From a virus (taxonomy: Duplodnaviria; Heunggongvirae; Uroviricota; Caudoviricetes), in IMG/VR virus record IMGVR_UViG_2529292751_000001, positions 1 to 61,734 of that record: a DNA stretch of 61,734 bases. The stretch is one strand, 5' to 3'. A model generated the notes under the pieces. It made no database searches. It worked only from the letters and a program-made list of their open reading frames with translations, and was not told where the DNA came from. Of the stretch, positions 46,898 through 56,902 are shown in pieces (within the stretch, counting starts at the first letter, position 1; the number at the start of each line of letters is the position of its first letter). Made by a program: the position numbers and the translations under genes.

Positions 46898-47659
46898 ATG
46901 GTAAAAAATTCATCATCAAAGAGAGGTGTTAGTGGCAGGCGTATTGCGCTTGTGGGTACTTTATCAGCATTAATAGTAACAAATGGTGGACTATGGTATG
47001 AAAGTAAAATGGATTACGATAGGTTGGAAAGCACGTACAGTACTACGAAAGCTAATCTGTTAAAGCAAGAAGGTAAAGTGGCTCAACAGGAGAAGGAGAT
47101 AGAGAATCTTAACTCAAACTTGAAAACAGTAAGTAAAGAAAAAGACACTATCATTAACGAAAAAGAGTCTGTAACGCAGGAAAAAAATTCTCTAACTCAA
47201 GAAAGAGATGCTTTGATTCAAGAAAAACAAAATCTTGAAGCAGAACTTAAGGCAGAGCGAGAAAAAAATTCTGCAAAAAAGACTAAAGAGTATTCAGACG
47301 CCAAAGAGCCAGAAGTACAAAGCGCACCACAGACGAAAGCAGAAGGTGGTAGTGGAGGATATCAAGGTTGGAATAAGGTAAATGTAGAAGCGACTGGATA
47401 CTCGAATGTAGCTGATGAACTTGGCGGTGGAGATTTAACTGCTATTGGGACAGGTGTAAGATGGGGAGTAATTGCGGTAGACCCAAACGTTATTCCTTTA
47501 GGGTCTAAGGTTTACATACCTGCATTTGGACAGACGTTTATAGCTGAAGATACTGGTGGGATGATTAAGGGTAATAGAATTGATGTATTCTTTAATCATG
47601 GAGACCAAGCTAGAACGTGGGGAGGAAAGAACATTGAAGTATATGTACAGCCAAAATAA
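46898..47659 (+). CDS. 3D-domain cell-wall protein with TM anchor and coiled coil
   Basis: VEATGY..TAIG..VIAVDPNVIPLGSKVYI..AEDTGGMIKGNRIDVF; start refined to ATG 46898. Confidence 0.9.
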   Translation: MVKNSSSKRGVSGRRIALVGTLSALIVTNGGLWYESKMDYDRLESTYSTTKANLLKQEGKVAQQEKEIENLNSNLKTVSKEKDTIINEKESVTQEKNSLTQERDALIQEKQNLEAELKAEREKNSAKKTKEYSDAKEPEVQSAPQTKAEGGSGGYQGWNKVNVEATGYSNVADELGGGDLTAIGTGVRWGVIAVDPNVIPLGSKVYIPAFGQTFIAEDTGGMIKGNRIDVFFNHGDQARTWGGKNIEVYVQPK

Positions 47660-47755
47660 ATTTTTATAACCTTCCATTAAACAAAAGTATTACTAAGAAA
47701 GGGGAGATGAATCCATGGCTCTGTAAAGGGCGAAAAAATTTTTGGAGGAAATGTT

Positions 47756-48280
47756 ATGAAACTTATGATTTGCAATTATATCGCAGGAGCAGGTAAGAGT
47801 ACGGTTGCTGATTATCTGGAGCAGAAGCATGGATTTAAACAATATGCTCTTTCAGATGGAGTATATAAGGTTGCCGAAGAAGTATTTGGTATGAGTGTGA
47901 AGGATAGACCTTTATTGCAGGATATCGGAGAACTAATGAAGCAAATTGACCCTGCAGTATGGATTAAAGAAACTCTTCGCAGAATCGAAAAGGATGGTCA
48001 TAAGAAAGTTCTTATTACAGACGTTAGATTTCTGTTAGAGTACTCATATTTGAAGTATAAGGGCTTTGACGAGTTCATGTTGTATTGTGAGCCAGAGGTT
48101 GCTATAAAACGTCTTGAGGAACGAGATGGAGAGGCTCATGCCGATAACGTTGTGAACAACATGATTGAAAATCAACTGCGTCCATTAAAGGATAGTATGA
48201 AGCTTATTGATGGTACACAGGACTTTGAAGATGTGAAAAAAGAACTGGATGCGTATGTACGTGTATTAGGAAGGAAGTAA
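47756..48280 (+). CDS. P-loop nucleoside monophosphate kinase-like protein
   Basis: AGAGKST, RPLLQDIGE, VLITDVRF motifs typical of phage dNMP kinases. Confidence 0.8.
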   Translation: MKLMICNYIAGAGKSTVADYLEQKHGFKQYALSDGVYKVAEEVFGMSVKDRPLLQDIGELMKQIDPAVWIKETLRRIEKDGHKKVLITDVRFLLEYSYLKYKGFDEFMLYCEPEVAIKRLEERDGEAHADNVVNNMIENQLRPLKDSMKLIDGTQDFEDVKKELDAYVRVLGRK

Positions 48281-48681
48281 TCATGAAAAAGATAGCTAAA
48301 GTTTTTATGGCAGGATGTATAAGCATCCTCATGGTTAACTTGGTATTCTGGGGAGTAATTATCTGGATAATTAGTATTATGGTAGGTGCGCTCTGATGAC
48401 AGTATTAATTTTCTTGAAAAATATAGCACTGGCTTTTGGTTTAAAAGGCGTATTCAAATTAGCTATAAAAATGAATAAGAAGCGAGGAGGCTTCTTATGA
48501 AAGAATTTATAATGGGAGCAATTGCATGCGCTATAGGATTCTCGCTTTATGACTTATTCGAATATAGCGTGAAAAAAATTTTTAAAAAATATTAAGCAAA
48601 GGTATTGCAAAAGAACAAACGTTCTGGTAAGATGGAAACATCAACCAACGAACAAGCGTTCGCAAAAAGGAGAACACACCA

Positions 48682-48927
48682 ATGCTAATTAAAAAACACT
48701 TAAATAGACAAACAACTTACTTTACTAAATCACTATTATTCTACCGAGAGAAAAAATTAGCTTTAGCGATAGGGTTTTCTTGGTCGGTAAACGGTGCGAA
48801 ATGGCACGATGAAAATAAAGTGGCTCATACATTTGGATTATTTAAACAAGTAGCTCCATCAACGATTATGAGAGCGTTAGTACTTGGTAGATTACGATTA
48901 AATTTTGTAACAGCAAATAAAAAATAA
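48682..48927 (+). CDS. Hypothetical protein
   Basis: 81 aa, AAAGGAG RBS and motif promoter TTGCAA-17-TAAGAT. Confidence 0.65.
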   Translation: MLIKKHLNRQTTYFTKSLLFYREKKLALAIGFSWSVNGAKWHDENKVAHTFGLFKQVAPSTIMRALVLGRLRLNFVTANKK

Positions 48928-48947
48928 AAACCTTGGAGGAAACAACT

Positions 48948-49520
48948 ATGACACAAACATTACAAGCACTTTTCGGAAGATTAAAAGCAATGGATATCGA
49001 GGCGATTATTCGAAACTATGAGATTGGAGCTGAAAATAAGGTAGAGGTTAAATTACTACTATCTCAAATTATTCCACTCATGAAAGATATTGAGACATTA
49101 AGAGACGCTCAAGAAAAATTGATTACAGAGCTTCAGAAAGCAGATGAAAATATTAAGAAATTAGAATGGACTCTTGTGATGAGTAACCTAGCTAAAATTA
49201 TCGAAGAGGTTAAGAAATCGCGAAGAATTTATCCAGAGGAGAACGTGTTCGTAAGCGAGGACAAAGAACTTATTGCGGATGCTAAAAGGGTAGCTAAATT
49301 ATCTGAACTTGAAGATTCTCCACGCATGGATTACGTTAGAAAGCAGTTTCATAATGCAATTCGAAGAAGCTTTGGAATCAACAATGTAATAGCTGTAGCG
49401 ACTAATGAAGAGGGAACTGAAGCACAAGTTATTGTATTTGATGTAGAAGCTACCGAGGATAACCAATTCACTACTGGATGGGACGCAGAAAAGAAACTGC
49501 CATACATTGAATTAAACTAA
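48948..49520 (+). CDS. Hypothetical protein
   Basis: Start refined to MTQTLQ after GGAGG. Confidence 0.7.
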   Translation: MTQTLQALFGRLKAMDIEAIIRNYEIGAENKVEVKLLLSQIIPLMKDIETLRDAQEKLITELQKADENIKKLEWTLVMSNLAKIIEEVKKSRRIYPEENVFVSEDKELIADAKRVAKLSELEDSPRMDYVRKQFHNAIRRSFGINNVIAVATNEEGTEAQVIVFDVEATEDNQFTTGWDAEKKLPYIELN

Positions 49521-49746
49521 TAAAAGATGAGTTTTATTATGAAAGGGGAGATGATAAGAATGAGTAAAATAATATGTTTTATAATAGGACATTCAGATTC
49601 TATCTATTTTAAAAATACTGGCATGGCGAGAATAATAAAAGGCGAATGCAAATGTATGAGATGCGGTACTAAATATTGGATTTGATAATGTTTATGAGAA
49701 AGATTGAAATTTAAACAAACGTTTGATTAACTGGGAGGAAATTAAA

Positions 49747-50577
49747 ATGTTAGCAAAGCAAACTACTGAATATATGGAGCAAATGAATAAGAATATAGAT
49801 GATAAATTACGCATCATGGACTGGATTACTGGAGACCGAGTCTTGGATGCAGGATGTGGAGGAGGAGAGTTCTTACTTCGCCTACACCAAAGTGGATACG
49901 ATGCATATGGATTAGATTTCTCATTACTATCGTATAAGGAATTGTACAAGAAAGGCTTGAATAGATGGTTTATTCATGGAGATATCTTGAACATGAAAAC
50001 ATATCTAGAAGGAATGAATATCGATACAATCGTGTTCTCATCAGTATTGCATGAAGTATATTCATACAATGGATTTGATATCCAGAAGGTAATTGAAACT
50101 TTAAAGAACGCTTACGATGCATTACCAGTAGGTGGCAGAATCATCATTCGTGACGGAATTAAAACAAAAGATGGACATAAGAAAGTTCTTGTTAGATTCA
50201 AAGATGTGAATGATATACTATTCCTTACAGAGTATTGCAAGAGATTTAAAGGTAGAAAGGTAACCTTTGAGCCAGTAGATAAACTTACTTACAAGATGGA
50301 ATTAAATGATGCAATGGAATTCTTATACACTTACACATGGGGATGGGAATCATTTGATAGAGAAGTTCAAGAGCAATTTGGTATTGCAACGCCTAATGAC
50401 TACGTAAACTTAGTCAAATTTAACCTACCTAAAGCAAAAGTATTGCATAAAGAAAGCTATCTTCAGCATGGGTATGTAGATTACTTAACAAATAAAGCAT
50501 GGGTTTTACATGAGGATAAAAGTCTTGCAAAATATCCAGATTCAACATTCTTAATGGTCATTGAAAAAGGGGAGTAA
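49747..50577 (+). CDS. Class I SAM-dependent methyltransferase
   Basis: VLDAGCGGG, GLDFS, FSSVLHEVYSY, GGRIIIRDG motifs; start refined after GGGAGG. Confidence 0.88.
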   Translation: MLAKQTTEYMEQMNKNIDDKLRIMDWITGDRVLDAGCGGGEFLLRLHQSGYDAYGLDFSLLSYKELYKKGLNRWFIHGDILNMKTYLEGMNIDTIVFSSVLHEVYSYNGFDIQKVIETLKNAYDALPVGGRIIIRDGIKTKDGHKKVLVRFKDVNDILFLTEYCKRFKGRKVTFEPVDKLTYKMELNDAMEFLYTYTWGWESFDREVQEQFGIATPNDYVNLVKFNLPKAKVLHKESYLQHGYVDYLTNKAWVLHEDKSLAKYPDSTFLMVIEKGE

Positions 50578-50621
50578 CACTCTCTTAAATATAAAAAACA
50601 AAGCAGAGGAGATTTTCAATC

Positions 50622-51278
50622 ATGACAACAGAAATCGTAATGGCGTTACTTTCAATCATTCTAATCGACATCGTATTAAGTGGTGACAACGCGGTGGTTA
50701 TCGCACTAGCCTGTCGTAACCTACCAGAGAAATTGCGTAAGAAGGCAGTAATTATCGGATGTGCAGGGGCAATTGGATTACGAATCGCGCTTACATTCCT
50801 AGCAGTTTACTTACTAGAAATTCCGTATGTTCAATTTGTTGGCGGTCTAATGTTATTGTGGATTGCGGTTAAGCTTTTAAAAGGCGAAGAGGATAGTCAA
50901 ATTGAGGGTGGTAATACAATTTGGTCAGCAATTAAAACAATCATCGTAGCAGACTTTGTAATGAGCTTAGATAACGTTGTAGCGGTAGCAGGAGTAGCGA
51001 ATGGTCACACAGGATTATTAGTAATTGGCTTATTAGTAAGTATTCCATTAATTGTCTGGGGTAGCCAAATCTTAATCAAACTTATGGAACGATTCCCAAT
51101 CATTGTAGCGTTCGGTTCGGCTTTACTTGGATATACAGCAGGAACAATGATGATGCACGATAAGGTTATTGGTGGATGGATTACAGAAAACTTTGCTAAC
51201 ACTCAATTCTTACCAATCTTAATGGCAGTAGCGGTAGTTGTTATTGGGAAGTTAGAAAACAAGCGCTCTTCTAAATAA
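50622..51278 (+). CDS. terC: TerC-family membrane protein (YjbE-like)
   Basis: IDIVLSGDNAVVIALACRNLP and ADFVMSLDNVVAVAG signatures. Confidence 0.92.
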   Translation: MTTEIVMALLSIILIDIVLSGDNAVVIALACRNLPEKLRKKAVIIGCAGAIGLRIALTFLAVYLLEIPYVQFVGGLMLLWIAVKLLKGEEDSQIEGGNTIWSAIKTIIVADFVMSLDNVVAVAGVANGHTGLLVIGLLVSIPLIVWGSQILIKLMERFPIIVAFGSALLGYTAGTMMMHDKVIGGWITENFANTQFLPILMAVAVVVIGKLENKRSSK

Positions 51279-51309
51279 GAGCCTTGCGAACACTTAGGAG
51301 GGGTTAATT

Positions 51310-51501
51310 ATGGCGCAGATAAAAATCGATATCCAAAACTGTGAGCAATGCCCACATTCACAAACGTCTAGAGTATGGACTCCAGATTCATGGGAAACAG
51401 TGAGGAAGGTTCATTGCAAACTATTAAACAAGGATGTTCATTCTTATCTAGATTGGTATGACAAGTCACCAGTCCCAGATGAATGTCCTGCGAAAGCATA
51501 G
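51310..51501 (+). CDS. Small Cys-rich protein
   Basis: CEQCPH..HC..ECP; GGAGGG RBS. Confidence 0.65.
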   Translation: MAQIKIDIQNCEQCPHSQTSRVWTPDSWETVRKVHCKLLNKDVHSYLDWYDKSPVPDECPAKA

Positions 51502-51513
51502 GAGGAGTTAACA

Positions 51514-51726
51514 ATGTCGTTAGTTGCAGGGTTCTTTCAAGCGCATAGCGTGACGAAAAGAGAGATGAATAAACAGTTTGAAAACAAAGGATATAACAGC
51601 CTCAAGGTAAAGAGATTTATATTTGGAAGAGTCTTAGGATACGCTCCAAACATCAAGGACATGACTATTAGCGAGATGGAGCAGGTTATTCATTATCTAA
51701 AAAATACACAATTAGGAGATTCTTAA
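51514..51726 (+). CDS. Hypothetical protein
   Basis: 70 aa, AGGAGG RBS. Confidence 0.65.
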   Translation: MSLVAGFFQAHSVTKREMNKQFENKGYNSLKVKRFIFGRVLGYAPNIKDMTISEMEQVIHYLKNTQLGDS

Positions 51727-51727
51727 T

Positions 51728-51970
51728 ATGATGAAATGCACAGATGGAACTAGATTCAACGGAGTACTAAAAGAAGGTCAAGTTTGGGTGAAAGGAAGAA
51801 CTGTCCGAGTTATAGTTCGATTCGATGAAGACGTTATGGTTTATAAGTCAAATAAGGATTTTAAAGATGGTACGGTCACCACAGTTCGTAGAAGTGTATT
51901 TCGAAGATGGTTAAAGAGTGGAGAAAGAGCGATGTTACAAGTGGGAGGCAATATATATGGACTTTGTTGA
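51728..51970 (+). CDS. Hypothetical protein
   Basis: 80 aa, AGGAG RBS. Confidence 0.6.
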   Translation: MMKCTDGTRFNGVLKEGQVWVKGRTVRVIVRFDEDVMVYKSNKDFKDGTVTTVRRSVFRRWLKSGERAMLQVGGNIYGLC

Positions 51971-52613
51971 TTTAAGGAAGCTAGATTACGTTGCGAAGAG
52001 ATTAGAGAATGAAAAGGAAAATCTTATATCTCTCCTGCCTTCAAGGTTCTCTAGTCGATTAAGAGAAGAATTGTTTGTCAGTGGAGGATGTATATATAGC
52101 TTGTACAACAATCAAGAGCCAAAAAATATTGACACATTTATTAAAAGCAGAGAGCTAGTCAATGAAATTGTAGACTTCTTTTCTAAGCAGAGATTATTTA
52201 TGGGGAGAAGTATTGGAGTCAAAAAAGGCTTCTATCATGGTTTAAATCTTATAATGACTGATAATGCAGTGTCACTTGGTAAATATCAAATTATTACTAG
52301 ATTCACAGGGACACCAGAAGAAGTTATTTCTCAGTTTGATTTTAAGCACAATATGTTTTATGTCAAAGATGGTTCAATTAGCACATTAAGCAATTTCTCT
52401 TATCTATGCGACAACAAGCTTGTCTACAACGATGAAAGAGCAAGGGACATTTGTGGGACTATAATTCGTGTTGCGAAATTTGTAAAACGTGGAATGGATA
52501 TTACCAATGAAGAAATGTCTAAAATGCTATTGAAACTTAATGAGGTAGGATTCAATGAGAGAGAATTAGAGATATTAAGTAATCATCAATCTAATAAAAG
52601 CTTTGGTTCATAA
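51957..52613 (+). CDS. Nucleotidyltransferase-fold protein (polyA-polymerase head-like)
   Basis: VSGGCIYS..KNIDTF, QFDF, RVAKFVKRG; start refined to MDFVDL after GGGAGG. Confidence 0.6.
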   Translation: MDFVDLRKLDYVAKRLENEKENLISLLPSRFSSRLREELFVSGGCIYSLYNNQEPKNIDTFIKSRELVNEIVDFFSKQRLFMGRSIGVKKGFYHGLNLIMTDNAVSLGKYQIITRFTGTPEEVISQFDFKHNMFYVKDGSISTLSNFSYLCDNKLVYNDERARDICGTIIRVAKFVKRGMDITNEEMSKMLLKLNEVGFNERELEILSNHQSNKSFGS

Positions 52614-52624
52614 CATTTCATAAT

Positions 52625-52873
52625 ATGGAGGTAAGTAAGTTGATTAAATCAATAGCTGTAGGAGATAAGATTAAACCAAATTGCAGGTCAAGTTACATGG
52701 AGATTTACAACATCTTTAAATATAAAGGAAGAAAGTATGTTGCTTATATATGGCACAACGAAGATGGTAGTCAGTCAGTATCTATACCAAACTCCAATTA
52801 TTTCTCAAGTCATGTTGCTGAGTTAGAAGATTACTTATCGACAATTGGAGAAGGAAGACATCACAAGATTTAG
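52625..52873 (+). CDS. Hypothetical protein
   Basis: Likely TTG start (LIKSIAV) after GGAGG. Confidence 0.55.
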   Translation: MEVSKLIKSIAVGDKIKPNCRSSYMEIYNIFKYKGRKYVAYIWHNEDGSQSVSIPNSNYFSSHVAELEDYLSTIGEGRHHKI

Positions 52874-53021
52874 AGTGGGAAATTAATAGATTTCTTTCAC
52901 TAAATAGAAAAGAGGGAAATAGTATGCCAGAATCGGATACAGTAAAAATTTTAACCGGAATCGTATGCTTTATAGCAGGGGTTATTGTTAGTAAAATTAC
53001 GAAACAATAGGAGGAGAAATC

Positions 53022-53213
53022 ATGAAAAATAGACAGCAGATTGAAGCTAAGATTGAGGAATTGCGAGATAGCATTACTCAAATGGAGATGCAAAAACAGT
53101 CCTTGTCTGGAGAACGTGATTTTGATGAACAGCTAGATTATTTTGAAATGGAACAGAATTCCCTGCAGGAACAAGTTGACTTATTAAAATGGGTGTTAAA
53201 TGAAGAGGAATAA
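53022..53213 (+). CDS. Small coiled-coil protein
   Basis: 63 aa, AGGAGG RBS. Confidence 0.65.
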   Translation: MKNRQQIEAKIEELRDSITQMEMQKQSLSGERDFDEQLDYFEMEQNSLQEQVDLLKWVLNEEE

Positions 53214-53215
53214 TC

Positions 53216-53425
53216 ATGGCGAGAAAGATTAAGAAAGAAGTATTTTTAACAACGGATGGTACACAAGTATATGTAGATGAATTTAGTGTTAAGAGATTGA
53301 TGCAGATGGTTACAAGAGCGGATATCGTGAATATGTCTACAAATGTAACTAAAGAGGGAGTATGGTTTACGTATTCAACTAGCTACAGTCATGGCTCTAT
53401 GTTTTTAAGCAATCTAGGTAAATAG
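53216..53425 (+). CDS. Hypothetical protein
   Basis: 69 aa, GAGG RBS. Confidence 0.65.
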   Translation: MARKIKKEVFLTTDGTQVYVDEFSVKRLMQMVTRADIVNMSTNVTKEGVWFTYSTSYSHGSMFLSNLGK

Positions 53426-53439
53426 GAGGAAATATATAG

Positions 53440-53691
53440 ATGTACTACGATGGTTACGAATCCAACAAGGCTACATTAGAACGATGTACATTGGTAGAAG
53501 GTGTGAGAAGAGCGTTTGTTCTTGAGAATGGAACAGTGGTTCAGATTGGCAATTTATTATTAGAATTTGAGGACAATGTTCTTCACGAAGTTAAGCCAGA
53601 GTCACCAGATAATATCTTTAATCCAGTCTACAATCGCACAGGAAGACGTTTTACACCAGAACAAATTAATGAAATAACACTTAAACAGTAG
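53440..53691 (+). CDS. Hypothetical protein
   Basis: 83 aa, AGGAGG RBS. Confidence 0.65.
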   Translation: MYYDGYESNKATLERCTLVEGVRRAFVLENGTVVQIGNLLLEFEDNVLHEVKPESPDNIFNPVYNRTGRRFTPEQINEITLKQ

Positions 53692-53706
53692 GGGGGGGGA
53701 ATTACT

Positions 53707-53904
53707 ATGAACAAAAAAGAAAAGGTCGAAGCGTTTCTTGAAGAGTTAAATACATTATCTGAAAAGTATGGATTTGAAATCACATCAGAAGGCAATTCTC
53801 CTTTGCTATACGATATTGAGAAGCAGGAATATCTAGGCGAATTTTGGATGTCGATGTTTACAGGTAAGTATGCAATAGGCGGAAATGAAATATCTTGTGA
53901 TTAA
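53707..53904 (+). CDS. Hypothetical protein
   Basis: 65 aa, G-run RBS. Confidence 0.6.
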   Translation: MNKKEKVEAFLEELNTLSEKYGFEITSEGNSPLLYDIEKQEYLGEFWMSMFTGKYAIGGNEISCD

Positions 53905-53926
53905 ATCACATTTATGAGGTGATAAT

Positions 53927-54145
53927 ATGGCATTTGAAAAGAAATTTGCATGCAAAGGCGATGGAAATGAAAGCGATGTTCTCATAGTTGAGCAACAGAA
54001 ATATCCAAATCGTAGCTTGATATGGCTTGAAGCAAGGACTAAGGAAGAAGATGGAAAAGTAAATGAAACTTGCGTAGCTATAACAAGAAGAGAGTTTATG
54101 GAAATATACAATTCTATTGATTGGGAAGGCGTAGAATACGATTAA
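53927..54145 (+). CDS. Hypothetical protein
   Basis: 72 aa, GAGGTG RBS. Confidence 0.65.
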   Translation: MAFEKKFACKGDGNESDVLIVEQQKYPNRSLIWLEARTKEEDGKVNETCVAITRREFMEIYNSIDWEGVEYD

Positions 54146-54173
54146 TAAAAACTACATTTTATGAGGTTAGAAT

Positions 54174-54389
54174 ATGAACGAGTACAAGATATTGTTCTCT
54201 ATGTTTCTCATAGTTGGTGAGAATAAAATAAGCACAAAGAATCATTTCTCTAATTGTCATGCCACAATCAAAGGTGAAAGTTATGAGGAAGCTTTAAAGC
54301 CTTTCAAGGAAGAGAAGCGAAAAGAAGGATGGTATGTAGTTACATTAGAGGGAATTTATAGACAACATGATTATATTATGAAGAGGTGA
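54174..54389 (+). CDS. Hypothetical protein
   Basis: 71 aa, GAGG RBS. Confidence 0.6.
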   Translation: MNEYKILFSMFLIVGENKISTKNHFSNCHATIKGESYEEALKPFKEEKRKEGWYVVTLEGIYRQHDYIMKR

Positions 54390-54979
54390 ATGAAGTGCCA
54401 GTACACGAAGGTAAGTATCAATGTTTAAAGTGTGAAGATGTATTTGAAGCAAAAAGTGGCAGTTATACAAAGTGTAAATGTGGAGAATCTGAAATCGAAC
54501 CAAATTATTTTGGATACCGTTATAGAAATGGCAATAGAGTCGAAACCATCGAAAGTAAAACTTATTATCTTGAAGATGAGTTTGTGAAATTGCCAAATGA
54601 CATTCAAGAGATTTATAAAGAAATTAAAGAAATAAAAGAGCAGACAGGGTATAAATACCATATATTTGAAATGCACGAAACAGGTAAAGAAGGGGAAAGG
54701 TATCTGTCTCAAATTAACTTAGAGCATAATGTATCTGTATCACTTTATACGAGCGAAAGAAACACGATTAGCCTAACTCTACAATTAAGTAAGAGAGATT
54801 ATCGTGGAGATGAAATTACAAAATCAAGACTAGAAAAGTTCTTAAATTATATGAAGTTAATAGAATCAAACGAATTAGATGCTTCGAGTAGGCGAAAGCT
54901 ACTTGACATTGCTAAAAAGGATGATTTGGAATACAGAGAAGAACCAACAGGAGATGTTAATTACACTTTCTATCTATAA
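54386..54979 (+). CDS. Phage protein with N-terminal Zn ribbon
   Basis: CLKCED..CKCG; 197 aa. Confidence 0.65.
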   Translation: MNEVPVHEGKYQCLKCEDVFEAKSGSYTKCKCGESEIEPNYFGYRYRNGNRVETIESKTYYLEDEFVKLPNDIQEIYKEIKEIKEQTGYKYHIFEMHETGKEGERYLSQINLEHNVSVSLYTSERNTISLTLQLSKRDYRGDEITKSRLEKFLNYMKLIESNELDASSRRKLLDIAKKDDLEYREEPTGDVNYTFYL

Positions 54980-55010
54980 ATAAATTATATTTTACAAAGG
55001 AGATATATTA

Positions 55011-55724
55011 GTGAGCAAATTAATCGATTTAAATAAGAAAGCACAGATTGTATTAGAAAAGAAAGCTATTTTTGGTGAGAAGGCACAGGTTGTATTTATT
55101 ACCGATATTTCAGTTTCTATGGGAAGCCTTTATAGAAATGGAACAATGCAAGAACTAACTGATAGAGCACTTGGGATTGGCATGAGCTTGGATATTGATA
55201 AAAGTATTGATATGTTCGCATTCGGAAGATATGCACACGAGATTGGCTCTGTAACAGAAGGTAATCATCAAGGGTTCGTAGACAATGTCTTGTTACAAAA
55301 AACATCATTAGAAAGCTCAACTTATTACGCAGAAGTAATGGATATGGTTGTAAGGAGATATGGACAACCTGTTAAAAAGGGATTGCTATCACGAATAATG
55401 GGGAGTAAAAATACTGAAAAGCCTACTATACCTACGTTAGTTTTCTTCATTACAGATGGTGATAACTTCGATAAAAAAGAGGCGGAAGATATTATTCGTA
55501 AATCATCTATCCATCCAATCTTCTGGCAATTTGTCGGTATCGGTGGGGCGAATTTTGAGTTCTTAAGAAAGCTTGATGATATGTCTGGTAGATTCATAGA
55601 CAATGCCGACTTCTTTAATATTAATGACCTGCGAGGAATCAGTGATGAAGAGTTTATGGACAGGGTTTTAAATGAGTTCCCACAGTGGATTAAGAAAGCA
55701 AGAGCGAAAGGAGTATTAGCATGA
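55011..55724 (+). CDS. vWA domain protein (vWA-TerF-like)
   Basis: DISVSM MIDAS motif, FFITDGDN, PIFWQFVGIG, LDDMSGRFIDNADFF. Confidence 0.88.
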   Translation: MSKLIDLNKKAQIVLEKKAIFGEKAQVVFITDISVSMGSLYRNGTMQELTDRALGIGMSLDIDKSIDMFAFGRYAHEIGSVTEGNHQGFVDNVLLQKTSLESSTYYAEVMDMVVRRYGQPVKKGLLSRIMGSKNTEKPTIPTLVFFITDGDNFDKKEAEDIIRKSSIHPIFWQFVGIGGANFEFLRKLDDMSGRFIDNADFFNINDLRGISDEEFMDRVLNEFPQWIKKARAKGVLA

Positions 55725-56431
55725 GCGAAAAACAAAAAGAATTAAGACCAGTAAGAGTTAACTATACTTGCGATGAGTGCAAGGATACAGAGCTGAAATT
55801 TACAGGGATGATAAAGCCAATAAGCCCTCCTCTATACGTCCATAAATGCACTAAATGTAAGAAGATATTTAATTTAAACAAGCAATATCCATCAGTAGAA
55901 TATAAGGAGATTAATACTGTTGAAAAAGCACTATTTAAAGTTCCTATAGGAGATTGGTCAAACGATGGACATAATCAGTCAGAAGATTATTATGTATACT
56001 GCAATTACCCTGTAGAAGCGATGAGGCAAGCATACAAGGATACGTGTAAAAAGATTGGGTTACAAATGAATCACAATGAAAATTATACAGGGATTGAAGG
56101 CTTGGGATATCGTACATGGAGATACTTATTAACGGAATATGAAGAATCAAACATTAGTGTAGATGCGGTTGAAATCCTACTAAACCATGGGTTCAAGTTT
56201 AGCGAAGATGAATTGCCTAGTGATGAATTTGAGTATCATGATGGAAGATTTATAGCTGTTAGTTCAGTTAGCGCATCGACAGAAACAGTATTTAAACTAT
56301 TTATGTGGTTCATTTCTTACAGTATGCCGAAGGATTTTGAGTGGGAAGAACTAAACCTTGAAGCAGAACCAATTGTTGGGTATTGGAACAAGGGGTTAAA
56401 TCAACAAATTGGATATGGAGTATTTTCTTAA
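55721..56431 (+). CDS. Phage protein: N-terminal Zn ribbon fused to conserved domain
   Basis: CDEC..CTKC, then GDWSNDGHNQ..IGYGVF. Confidence 0.7.
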   Translation: MSEKQKELRPVRVNYTCDECKDTELKFTGMIKPISPPLYVHKCTKCKKIFNLNKQYPSVEYKEINTVEKALFKVPIGDWSNDGHNQSEDYYVYCNYPVEAMRQAYKDTCKKIGLQMNHNENYTGIEGLGYRTWRYLLTEYEESNISVDAVEILLNHGFKFSEDELPSDEFEYHDGRFIAVSSVSASTETVFKLFMWFISYSMPKDFEWEELNLEAEPIVGYWNKGLNQQIGYGVFS

Positions 56432-56463
56432 TACAAAATAAACAATTAATTTGGAGGGCTTTT

Positions 56464-56838
56464 ATGGTCAAAGTTATTGTAGCAGGTAGCAGGAAGTTCA
56501 ATGATTACAAGAAATTAGCTACGAATCTTGTAGCCTACTTTATGAGAAAAGGATATTATCCTAAAGATGTTGAGATTATTAGCGGTACAGCAGGTGGTGC
56601 AGATAAACTTGGCGAGAAATTTGCGAAAAAGGCAGGTTGTAAGCTTACTAGAATGCCCGCAGATTGGGATGGGCTAGGCAAGAAGGCAGGGTTTATTAGA
56701 AACTGGGATATGGCAAAATATGCAGGCTCAGACGGTGTTTGCTTCTGCTTCTGGGATGGGAATAGTAAGGGTACTAAGCACATGATTGACCTAGCTCGCA
56801 AAGAAGGATTAGAGGTACATGTTATTATTTTTTCTTAA
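56464..56838 (+). CDS. SLOG-family (DUF2493-like) protein
   Basis: VIVAGSRKF, IISGTAGGAD, AGFIRNWDM, FWDGNSKGTKHMI; start refined. Confidence 0.85.
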   Translation: MVKVIVAGSRKFNDYKKLATNLVAYFMRKGYYPKDVEIISGTAGGADKLGEKFAKKAGCKLTRMPADWDGLGKKAGFIRNWDMAKYAGSDGVCFCFWDGNSKGTKHMIDLARKEGLEVHVIIFS

Positions 56839-56902
56839 AAATATTTAAACAAAAGTATTGCACAAAATAAAAAACGGATATATAATTAGGAGGAAGTTAA
56901 GG

